Part shown: piece by piece, positions 1 to 8,406 of the stretch
Layout: each line of letters begins with the position of its first letter
How positions within the stretch are numbered: position 1 is the stretch's first letter
Assembly: GCA_977017575.1 (NCBI GenBank)
Contig: CDRNVI010000015.1
Span: 310,001-374,000, forward strand
Direction: 5' to 3'
Source of the DNA: Paramoeba atlantica
Lineage: Eukaryota; Protista; Discosea
Length of the DNA stretch: 64,000 nt
Program-made: the position numbers and the translations under genes
The notes under the pieces: generated by a model
The model's database searches: none
Told to the model about the DNA's origin: nothing
What the model saw: only the letters and a program-made list of their open reading frames with translations

Positions 1-433
1 TCCCCTCGAGCACGGTGAAACATGGGGTGACGATTCAGATGTGAGGATCGGGGGTGGGGCGGGGGAGAGGGGGGGGGGGGTTTGGGGTGTGGGCGATGGA
101 TTGTGCCTTGGAGGTTTTTTTTTCGTTTAAGGGGTATGTTACTGGTTGGTGCTGATTGTGATTAGGGTTGAATCGGACGGCTCTGTGAAGGAGGCTCTTT
201 TTTTATGGAGAAGGGTGTAAGATTTAGGGATGTTCCTGAAGTTTTGTGTTCTACTAACTTTTATTATCCTAATCTTTTCGATAGCAGGCGTTCTGTCGAA
301 ACTTTGTATTCTAGTGCACAAATGCTGGTTTTTATTTTCTGCAATGTTTTTTTGACAAAGACAGGTATAGATGACATGTATACTTATACTTTAATTAGTG
401 TAGAATAATACGCGCTGTACGTATCCGTTTATT

Positions 434-1303
434 ATGACCGAAATTGCCAAGGATTTGTGTGCAGGCACTATGGCTGGCATGATGTGCAAGGTTGTGGAAT
501 ACCCTATGGACACTGTGAAAGTTCGTCTACAGGATATGCACTGCACCTACCGGGGTACTCTAGACTGCATAGTCCGCATGTTTCGAGAGGAGGGGCCACT
601 TGGGTTTTATCGAGGCCTTCCCGCCCCGCTCTACGGGTGTATGATTGACACTGCGACCATCTTTGTCGTCTACAACGGTCTCTCCAACACATACCGCAAT
701 TGGAAGGGCAGTGCGTTGAATTCTGATCTCCCATTAGCGGGGACGGCGGCCGCGGGGTTTGGCGCCGGTCTTGCCGTCTCTGTCGTGCTCACTCCGATAG
801 AGTTGGTCAAGTGCCGCATGCAGGTGCAGGACACACTGCCTCCGGAGAAGCAAGTCTACAAGGGGGTGTGGCATTGCGCTTGCCGGACGGTGTCCCAGGA
901 GGGTGTACGGGGACTATTCCGGGGGTACACCTCATTTGCCGCGCGCGAGGCTCCTGGGAGTGCATTATGGTACGCAGTGTATGAGGGACTGCGGTCGTAT
1001 CTTGCCCCGCACGGGGGTTCACGCTCAGATGTACCGCTACTTGGCACTGCCATGGCCGGGGCCGCAGCGGGATTCTCGTACTGGACCGCAACCTTTCCTA
1101 CAGATGTGGTAAAAACGCGAATCCAAGTGGATCCAGAGTATGCGAATCACACCTTGAAACAAGGACTTAAGGATGTGTACCGTGAAGGGGGAGTTCGATC
1201 TCTCTACAAAGGCTGGGGTGTGACGGTGGCTCGGGCCATGCCCTCGCACGCGTTGCTCTTTGTGACGTATGAATACTGCAAGAGGTATTTGGACACTTTG
1301 TAG
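434..1303 (+). CDS. Mitochondrial carrier (SLC25), ornithine/carnitine/basic amino-acid carrier type
   Basis: 289 aa with three Px[DE]xx[KR]x[RK] signatures (YPMDTVKVR, TPIELVKCR, FPTDVVKTR), GLFRG/LYKG motifs, and R-E (AREAPG) at contact point II. Confidence 0.9.
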   Translation: MTEIAKDLCAGTMAGMMCKVVEYPMDTVKVRLQDMHCTYRGTLDCIVRMFREEGPLGFYRGLPAPLYGCMIDTATIFVVYNGLSNTYRNWKGSALNSDLPLAGTAAAGFGAGLAVSVVLTPIELVKCRMQVQDTLPPEKQVYKGVWHCACRTVSQEGVRGLFRGYTSFAAREAPGSALWYAVYEGLRSYLAPHGGSRSDVPLLGTAMAGAAAGFSYWTATFPTDVVKTRIQVDPEYANHTLKQGLKDVYREGGVRSLYKGWGVTVARAMPSHALLFVTYEYCKRYLDTL

Positions 1304-1849
1304 CGCGCTCGAGTAGTCCTTGGGGAAATCACATGATGTGGAACGCGCAGTATTGCATCGAAAGTTTGTGGCATCACACATGAATCATTTCCTGCAAATT
1401 GTTGTTTGCTCTATCCTCTGATTTCCTTGTTTCGTCTGATTCTTTTTTTAATTTTGTACCTTTTTTGGCCTAAATTTTTCATGGTGTTATTCATAGTGGC
1501 TGTTAAGTTCATGTTCAGATAAATGGGCGGCATTGATTCTACACTACAATTCCTAGTAAAGGGTTACTAAGAGTCGATATCCTTCTAATTATGTAGTAGC
1601 TTAATTATGTAATGGTTTATTAATTATGTAATAGCAAAAAGAAAGAATAGCATTTACTGTACTGAATAACAATCTAAAATAATACAACGTAACAACGGAC
1701 ACGCTACTGTTGTATGTTGTCCAAAATCGTACCATCAAGGGAAATGATCCTAATTTTAAATATACAATGTATGTATAAATCATAGATGTATAAATTAGAG
1801 TACGTTCTAGAGTATGGAGATTTCCAGCCATTAAAAGCGCGGTACGAAG

Positions 1850-2887
1850 ATGCAGATACTTTCATCTACCATTGAAGACAATTCGAAGGATACACCGTTT
1901 TCCTCTCTGCCAATATTAGCGGAGTTTACGGATGGGTCATCTAAAAACGTGGAGGTAGAATCACACACGAATCTTTCTGGTGTTATTATCGATTTGATTT
2001 CCGGAACGATGGCTGGCACAACCGCACATCTTCTCGAACACCCCTTCGACACCGTGAAAGTGCGCCTGCAAGATGAGCGATGCCTCTACCGCGGACCTCT
2101 GGATGCTGTGTTCCGCATGTCACGTCAGGAAGGCTTGTTTAGTTTTTACAGTGGTGTGCAAGCTCCACTAGTTTCCAGCTGTGTCGAGACTTCTCTTCTT
2201 TTTGCAGTATACGGCCTGCTGACACGTACTATGCGGGATTGTTACGGATACTCAGATGTCACTGAATTGTCCCCTGTACAATTTTCACTTGCAGGGGGCG
2301 TCGCCGGTGGAGTGGTTGGGTTTGTGCTCGCCCCGCTGGATCTTGTAAAGTGTCGTCTACAAGTTCAGGACGCTCATAACCACCCTAGCCATGCGCGAAC
2401 CGTCCCACACCAATACGGCGTCACGAATCCACGCTACCGGGGATTACTGCACTGCACGTTTCATGTCGCACGCAAGGAGGGTATTCGCTCGCTTTTTCGG
2501 GGCGCCACTCCAGCATTGCTACAGCAAGCTGTAGGGACTACATTCTGGTACGGTAGCTATGAGGCGACCCGTGGAGTGCTCGCTCAACGTGAAGGCATCA
2601 CACCTAGTGAACTCTCGATGAGTAAAGTCGCGTTCGCGGGTGCCGTCGCGGGGGTGTTGGATTGGGCTGTTCTGTACCCCGCTGACGTGGTTGCTACACG
2701 CATGCGAGTAAATCCGCAATACTCTACACACTCCGTCCGTGGTGTGTTTCAGGCAGTATATCGCGAAGGAGGTGTGCGAGCACTCTACAAAGGGTGTGGA
2801 ATTACCATTGTTCGCGCAATTCCTGCCCATGCGCTGTTATTCGTGACATATGAGTGGTCTCGTAAACACTTGGAGAGAATTCTTTGA
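1850..2887 (+). CDS. Mitochondrial carrier, tandem paralog of 434..1303
   Basis: Signatures HPFDTVKVR, APLDLVKCR, YPADVVATR. C-terminus nearly identical to the neighbour (RAIPAHALLFVTYE vs RAMPSHALLFVTYE). Has an N-terminal extension and a loop insertion. Confidence 0.88.
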   Translation: MQILSSTIEDNSKDTPFSSLPILAEFTDGSSKNVEVESHTNLSGVIIDLISGTMAGTTAHLLEHPFDTVKVRLQDERCLYRGPLDAVFRMSRQEGLFSFYSGVQAPLVSSCVETSLLFAVYGLLTRTMRDCYGYSDVTELSPVQFSLAGGVAGGVVGFVLAPLDLVKCRLQVQDAHNHPSHARTVPHQYGVTNPRYRGLLHCTFHVARKEGIRSLFRGATPALLQQAVGTTFWYGSYEATRGVLAQREGITPSELSMSKVAFAGAVAGVLDWAVLYPADVVATRMRVNPQYSTHSVRGVFQAVYREGGVRALYKGCGITIVRAIPAHALLFVTYEWSRKHLERIL

Positions 2888-3110
2888 TTTATCACTAGTC
2901 CATCCAACAAAAGTAGACGCATTTCTTAGAAATGCGTCTACTAGTAGAAATTCTACTAGATTCTAATCTAACAGGTTCTAATAGGAACTGATAAACTAAA
3001 AGTCGGTATTGTACTTAATAATGGATATCCATGGGGATATTAAGGGAAGAAACACAATGAAACACTAAATTTCAGTTAGTTTTAATTTATACCGTTTTGT
3101 CGACACTATC

Positions 3111-3566
3111 ATGACAATAGAGTTTGAGCCCTGCGTGGAAGACTTATATTCTTTTGAAGAGATACCTGAAGGTTCTCTTCTTATTCTTCTTCAATTTGGT
3201 TTCGCTGGTTGCTTATCTATCGCTCTTCTCCTTGGCATGATTTCATTGATTCGACACCAATGTTTTTGTCGCGCATGGAAGAATGTACTATGTGTAGTGG
3301 CTGGAGTGCCTATTTTCTTTACAATACTAGATAGATTGCGACAGTACCTCATAACAATGGCCAATTCTACAATTTTGATACTTTCAATCTCTCAAATGGA
3401 ACAGAAATGGCGCGAAAGCATAACACTTCAGAATTCTTTACTACTAGGGATTATGTTTTCCGTTGCAGGCTTCTTTGCGAGTTTGGAACGTCATTTAAAA
3501 TATGTATCACTGCATCTAGAGAAAACCCCTGTTAAGACTTCATCGAAAACAACAGGTTCTTTATAA
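3111..3566 (+). CDS. Hypothetical membrane protein
   Basis: 151 aa ATG-initiated ORF on the cluster strand with about 3 hydrophobic segments; no family recognised. Confidence 0.5.
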   Translation: MTIEFEPCVEDLYSFEEIPEGSLLILLQFGFAGCLSIALLLGMISLIRHQCFCRAWKNVLCVVAGVPIFFTILDRLRQYLITMANSTILILSISQMEQKWRESITLQNSLLLGIMFSVAGFFASLERHLKYVSLHLEKTPVKTSSKTTGSL

Positions 3567-4026
3567 GCAATAAATCAATAGTGCTGAAAATATCATTGTT
3601 GTGTACAATGATGTATACAGTGCAGTACAATGCTGAAAATGCTGTGTTAATACAATGTTATAAAATGCTGTGTATAATTTATACTAACACATCTTTATAA
3701 TAAAGATCTTTGTGGTGCACTATATCATTTTTTTCTTGCATACGAATTCTCATACACTTGTATGAGATATACTCGTATAAAACTCTTCCCAGAAATTTAT
3801 TCCTTACGCTTCTTTAAAGACAGAAAATAGGGAAAGGTACAGAAAGTTGAAGTTTCGATACATTAATAATTTATTTTATAGTATGTTTTTGAGTTGCTCA
3901 CACAATTAAAAGTGACAATACATTTCTAAAACGGAGTACGACTTTCGTTACATGTTTCCCAATTCGTGTATATGAATAAAGTCTACATTTTTCTGCATTA
4001 CTTTTCATTGGTATTGATTTAGATCA

Positions 4027-5067
4027 ATGTACCTTCGGCCGCTATGGCGCCCCGCGGGACACATCCGTGTCCCCATCGTACTTCGCGGTAACCTTGATTC
4101 GAAATTCGATCTTTCCGACTTTGGCAACAGTTGTCATGCACCTACTCATTGCTTGACTTCTTATTCTGCAAAGTCCTCTCTCACTACTCCTTTCAGCGCA
4201 CCAGTAGAAGTTGTCCCGCTCGGGACATATCATGAGAAACCTCTCACTGATGAAGATATGCCCGATACGTTTTCTCTTGCGGAGAGCCAATTAGAACTTA
4301 GTCATCCACTAGAGAATGGAATGTTGGACTTTGACGGCGAATTTATTGATGCAGCGGAGGAGGAAATGTTGCCTGAAGAGGTTGTAGGATATCCCACAAC
4401 AATCGAGAGTCACGAAGACGACGACCGTGGTGTGTCTTCCGTATTCCCAACTTTCGTTGGCAATAAAGATACAACACTTCTTATCGACACGCTTTCGTCC
4501 TCTTCAGTAGATATTTTGCAGCCCTTTGACGACTCCTCCAGGAAATCAAAATCGAAATGTGTTGATAACACGACGAATTATACTTTGCGATCACCTAGCA
4601 CGCCTTACCGCGAAAATTATCCAGCGGAATTCTCCTTTGAAATTTCTTCTTCGTGCGGCATACACAACATTCAGAAGCTCTCTCTAAACGATAGATGCGT
4701 CACATTCTCGGAGTCATCATCGCCCTATGACTCTCTGGTTCCTGGATTTTTCTTTCCTCGTTCATTTCCACGCACCAAAGTGAAGAAATGGTGGATGGAC
4801 AATGATAGTTCACCCTACTTGGAACACATAACGGGATTCATTACTTTGCTTTCATTGAGATCACTTTTATTGGATCTTACCCGCGAGCAGTGTCTGATGG
4901 GTTCGCAAATAGATGCACTGTCAAAAGCTAGTAGTGAAAAGCCAACAGATCGGCGTTACTTTTCTAACATGCTAAGATTACAGAGTACAGCGTTAATTCT
5001 TAAGGAAACGATAAACATCGTGAAAAAACGCTTAGAAATTATAAACCGGCGTATTCTCAATCAATAG
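4027..5067 (+). CDS. Hypothetical protein (acidic/Ser-rich, helical C-terminus)
   Basis: 346 aa ORF on the cluster strand; no family recognised. Confidence 0.6.
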   Translation: MYLRPLWRPAGHIRVPIVLRGNLDSKFDLSDFGNSCHAPTHCLTSYSAKSSLTTPFSAPVEVVPLGTYHEKPLTDEDMPDTFSLAESQLELSHPLENGMLDFDGEFIDAAEEEMLPEEVVGYPTTIESHEDDDRGVSSVFPTFVGNKDTTLLIDTLSSSSVDILQPFDDSSRKSKSKCVDNTTNYTLRSPSTPYRENYPAEFSFEISSSCGIHNIQKLSLNDRCVTFSESSSPYDSLVPGFFFPRSFPRTKVKKWWMDNDSSPYLEHITGFITLLSLRSLLLDLTREQCLMGSQIDALSKASSEKPTDRRYFSNMLRLQSTALILKETINIVKKRLEIINRRILNQ

Positions 5068-5579
5068 CGCCGATTATTGATAGCTTAGAGTTTCTGAATG
5101 AGTTATGAATGTCATACAGTAATTCGTCTTGCTATGCATTTTTGTAAACGGAATAAGTATCATATTTTTGTGCATACAGATACCCATTTTTCTTGTTTTG
5201 CTTTTATCATACCTTTTGTGGTTTATCTTTGTGGAGAAGTGTTTCATGCTTTACCTGGCTTTTCATCAATGTCGAATAATTTAAGCTGGAGATACAGTGT
5301 ATGTGGAGATATAGTGTATGTGCACTGCTTAAAAATCGTATTTTTTAATCAATTTAACAAAAATATGAACGAAAAGATACCTACAAGCACTCCCTTGTCC
5401 ACTTTGGTCGGAATAATATCGTTTGAATATTTGTTTACAAGCCTGCGCATTTTGTGTAGTCTATTTCGTTTTATCTAGTCTATATTCTTTTATCTTTAAA
5501 TATGCACTGTGCTAATGACAGTAAATGTGATACGAACCACAGTAGGCCTACTGTTTAGGAAGGACTATTTGAACAACCA

Positions 5580-6509
5580 ATGCAAAGCATATTGGCTCTG
5601 CTCAAGGAAAATCAATGGCAACTGGCCCTTAATTCGATGGGACAAATAAAAATAGCCCCAACTATTCGGATGAACGCCGAACTTATCGCGTTGGATCAGG
5701 CTTCCACTCTTGAATCGTCAGTGATATCAGTTTTCTTGGAAAAATTTCTCCCTTTAAAGCGTCAGGCCTTTATTTGGGGACGTAGTCCAGGGTCACCCTC
5801 CCAACCCTGTCTTAGCTTTCAAAAATGTTTCCATCCATTAACCTGTGACGATACACCCAAGAAAATTTCCACATGGTATGATCCCGAACTACAAAACAGC
5901 TTAATGACATCAGGCATGAAAAACACCTTGACCAATCATTTTGCTACCGTAATAAAACGGTTAGAAAAGTCCGGGATTCGCTACTGGATTACAGGTGGGA
6001 CCCTTCTAGGTGCAGTAAGACATAATGGCTTCATACCATGGGATGATGACGTCGACGTATGCGTTGATGCAAATTATGAAGCCCAACTCTGGCAAGCATT
6101 TGAGTTTCCTCGCTATCTCGAATACAACCCCTTTGTTGGATACAAAATTTATAGTGATATCGCACCTCCAGAAGTTATATCACAGACTTGCTATGGTGTT
6201 TTTGTTGATATTTTCCTGATGAGTGCTCACAATGGATTGTCATACATACAGACAAGAAAGAGTGCTCGGGAGACGTGGCCGAAAGAAATATGGAGTCCTT
6301 CGGAGCTGTTTCCTTTGCGTCGTTATCGCTTTGAGAATTTGAATCCATGGGGTCCTGCACAACCGGAGACGTACTTACGAAACATGTATGGCTCTGAAGT
6401 AATGAATCTCGGCGTAGTACCGAGGGAACAACACGGTCGTTTCCTCTCAAAAAACATTTTACATATCCCTCTCTCCATATTTCCGAACCGAAAATGCAAC
6501 AACGATTGA
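5580..6509 (+). CDS. LicD/fukutin-family nucleotidyltransferase-fold protein
   Basis: Motif [26 protein letters not shown], plus downstream VDIF and P...E.YL...YG motifs typical of LicD. Confidence 0.85.
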   Translation: MQSILALLKENQWQLALNSMGQIKIAPTIRMNAELIALDQASTLESSVISVFLEKFLPLKRQAFIWGRSPGSPSQPCLSFQKCFHPLTCDDTPKKISTWYDPELQNSLMTSGMKNTLTNHFATVIKRLEKSGIRYWITGGTLLGAVRHNGFIPWDDDVDVCVDANYEAQLWQAFEFPRYLEYNPFVGYKIYSDIAPPEVISQTCYGVFVDIFLMSAHNGLSYIQTRKSARETWPKEIWSPSELFPLRRYRFENLNPWGPAQPETYLRNMYGSEVMNLGVVPREQHGRFLSKNILHIPLSIFPNRKCNND

Positions 6510-6713
6510 TCTTATGTGAGCTCTTTTTGATCTTTTTAAAATTTCTTTAAAATCTAAAAATATTCCTTCAGGAGGAAGGATATTCTTGCTGTTTTAAAAG
6601 TATATTTTTTTAAACTTGAATAATGTTAATCACGTGAATTGTACCAAATAAATTTTCTATACTGTAACGAGCGACGTGAAAGTTAATACCTCATTCTAAT
6701 AAACAGTAGTGTA

Positions 6714-6820
6714 CAGGGGTGAAAACTTCCATCTGGGGGGGGGGGTCTAAAATTTGTAAAATTTGCTCAATTTTATAAAATAATAGCGCATTGGACAGCT
6801 CTCGCAGAGTTGTATGTCTT
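6714..6820 (+). repeat. Left terminal inverted repeat of Tc1-like element
   Basis: Reverse complement of 8185-8287 apart from a few substitutions and G-run length (11 vs 7). Confidence 0.92.
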
Positions 6821-6922
6821 TGGCGTATTCGGAACGCTCGACTTGAAAGATTTAATCTGATGACAAAAAAATAATTTTTTTTTCTTGTGAAAATATGGCA
6901 ATTTTTTGTTTTTCCCCATTTT

Positions 6923-8044
6923 ATGCCTCAAAAGCGAGTTCGCTCAAGGACTTCCCGTGGTGTTTTGAGCGCACGCTCCTATGCCTCACCAGGGAAGATT
7001 AAGGAAAGTCACAGGATGCTTCTTGTGGCGGACTTTGAGAAAACAGAGTCTTATTCCCGGACTGCCCAAAATTTTGGTGTCCACGAGGGAACTGTGAAAC
7101 TCTGGGTGGAAAGATTTAATTGCACTGGCGACGTGGCCAGTCCATCCCTTACGCGTCAACCTAGGGTCACCACCTCTGATCTTATGAAAGTATCTTTAAA
7201 GCTTATTGATGACGCTTATCGTGACCTTCCTTATGGTATCTCCACTTGGAGCGAGCTCTGGAGAGAGGTAAAGCGACGTGGCTTCACATGTTCAATAACA
7301 TCCCTAAGGAACATGCTGAAAAACTCAAAAGAAAAAATTGTGCTCAGAACAACTTTAAAGACCCCTTTCTTATCTAATAATCATAAGGAGCGCAGAGTGC
7401 AATTAACCACTGAAATGCTACAGTGGAGCGACGCTGCGCTGGAAAATATTATTTTCTGCGACGAAAAAAAATTTACGTGCAAAAGATCCACCCGACCCAC
7501 GTACCTTTGCCGAAAGTCTGACCCCCCCAAAGAACAAACAGGGGAATTAGAACCCTATCATGGTGGAGAAGGTATTATGGTTTGGATGGGGGTGAGCTTA
7601 AAGCATGGGTTTCATTTACATGTCTTTCCTACCCATGATTCTCAAGGAAACAAAGTAACTGTAAAGGGACAAAATTTTTATGAAGCCATGAAAAAAAGGG
7701 GAGGTCTGTTCCAATATTTAAGGAGACATCGGGCCACAATAGTGATGGACAATTGCCCGGCACATAATAAGGCTCGTGCCGCGGCCCAAGAAAAGGGTTA
7801 TTCTTGGCTCCGATGGCCAGCACGATCCCCTGATCTAAACCCCATAGAAAATCTTTGGTCAATAATGGACGGGACAAAGGACCAAATTCAACCTAAAAAT
7901 CAACAACAATTACACTCCGCAATTCATGATTCCTATGATAAACTTAAGACAGAACAAATATCCAAATTTGAGAATACGCTAAAAAGCTTCAGAAAGCGTT
8001 GTAGAATCATTGTAGAAATGAACGGTGCACATTGCGGATACTAA
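6923..8044 (+). CDS. Tc1-like transposase (DD32E)
   Basis: N-terminal HTH (YSRTAQNFGVHEGTVKLWVERF), catalytic IIFCDEKKF, VMDNCPAH and WPARSPDLNPIENLW. First ATG at 6923; the ORF track starts at GTG 6887. Confidence 0.92.
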   Translation: MPQKRVRSRTSRGVLSARSYASPGKIKESHRMLLVADFEKTESYSRTAQNFGVHEGTVKLWVERFNCTGDVASPSLTRQPRVTTSDLMKVSLKLIDDAYRDLPYGISTWSELWREVKRRGFTCSITSLRNMLKNSKEKIVLRTTLKTPFLSNNHKERRVQLTTEMLQWSDAALENIIFCDEKKFTCKRSTRPTYLCRKSDPPKEQTGELEPYHGGEGIMVWMGVSLKHGFHLHVFPTHDSQGNKVTVKGQNFYEAMKKRGGLFQYLRRHRATIVMDNCPAHNKARAAAQEKGYSWLRWPARSPDLNPIENLWSIMDGTKDQIQPKNQQQLHSAIHDSYDKLKTEQISKFENTLKSFRKRCRIIVEMNGAHCGY

Positions 8045-8184
8045 CAGGGGTTACTAACAATCTTTTTGGGGGGAAAAAACGTTATTTTTTAACTTTTTTG
8101 TATCATTTTTCAAGTGACAATTCGAGTTTTTGACCTATTCGTCATTTGTAGTTCCACTTTGATATGTTAAAAGCTACCAGTACG

Positions 8185-8287
8185 AAGACATACAACTCTG
8201 CGAGAGCTCTCGAATGCGCTATTATTTTACAAAATTGAAAAGTTTTTACAAATTTTAGACCCCCCCAGATGGAAGTTTTCACCCCTG
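8185..8287 (-). repeat. Right terminal inverted repeat of Tc1-like element
   Basis: AAGACATACAACTCTGCGAGAGCT...GGAAGTTTTCACCCCTG followed by TA. Confidence 0.92.
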
Positions 8288-8406
8288 TATGTAGTAAGAT
8301 CATCTATTGGTTTTAGATAATGAACGAAAGATTGAGTGGTCAGTCTTTTTATCTCGTAGCTTCTGAATCTTTTTTACGTCGTGCAACAATATTCTGCCTT
8401 TAAATT

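Larger units (their letters stand above)
6714..8287 (+). mobile_element. Full-length Tc1/mariner (IS630-Tc1-mariner) DNA transposon
   Basis: TA at 6712-6713 and 8288-8289 flanks CAGGGGTGAAAACTTCCATCTGGGG... and its reverse complement. ~105 bp imperfect TIRs and an uninterrupted transposase ORF. Confidence 0.95.

Noticed and set aside
3590-3680. Degenerate short repeats (TACAATG/AAAATGCTGTGT), and similar ones at ~11335, ~18770 and 38605-38649
   Set aside because: Ordinary slippage-type duplications in UTRs with no further structure.
5098-5478. AT-rich 126-aa ORF, and similar F/I/L-rich ORFs at 11525, 23538, 31543 and 54050-54579
   Set aside because: Intergenic composition, no motifs, and often non-ATG starts; likely UTR sequence.
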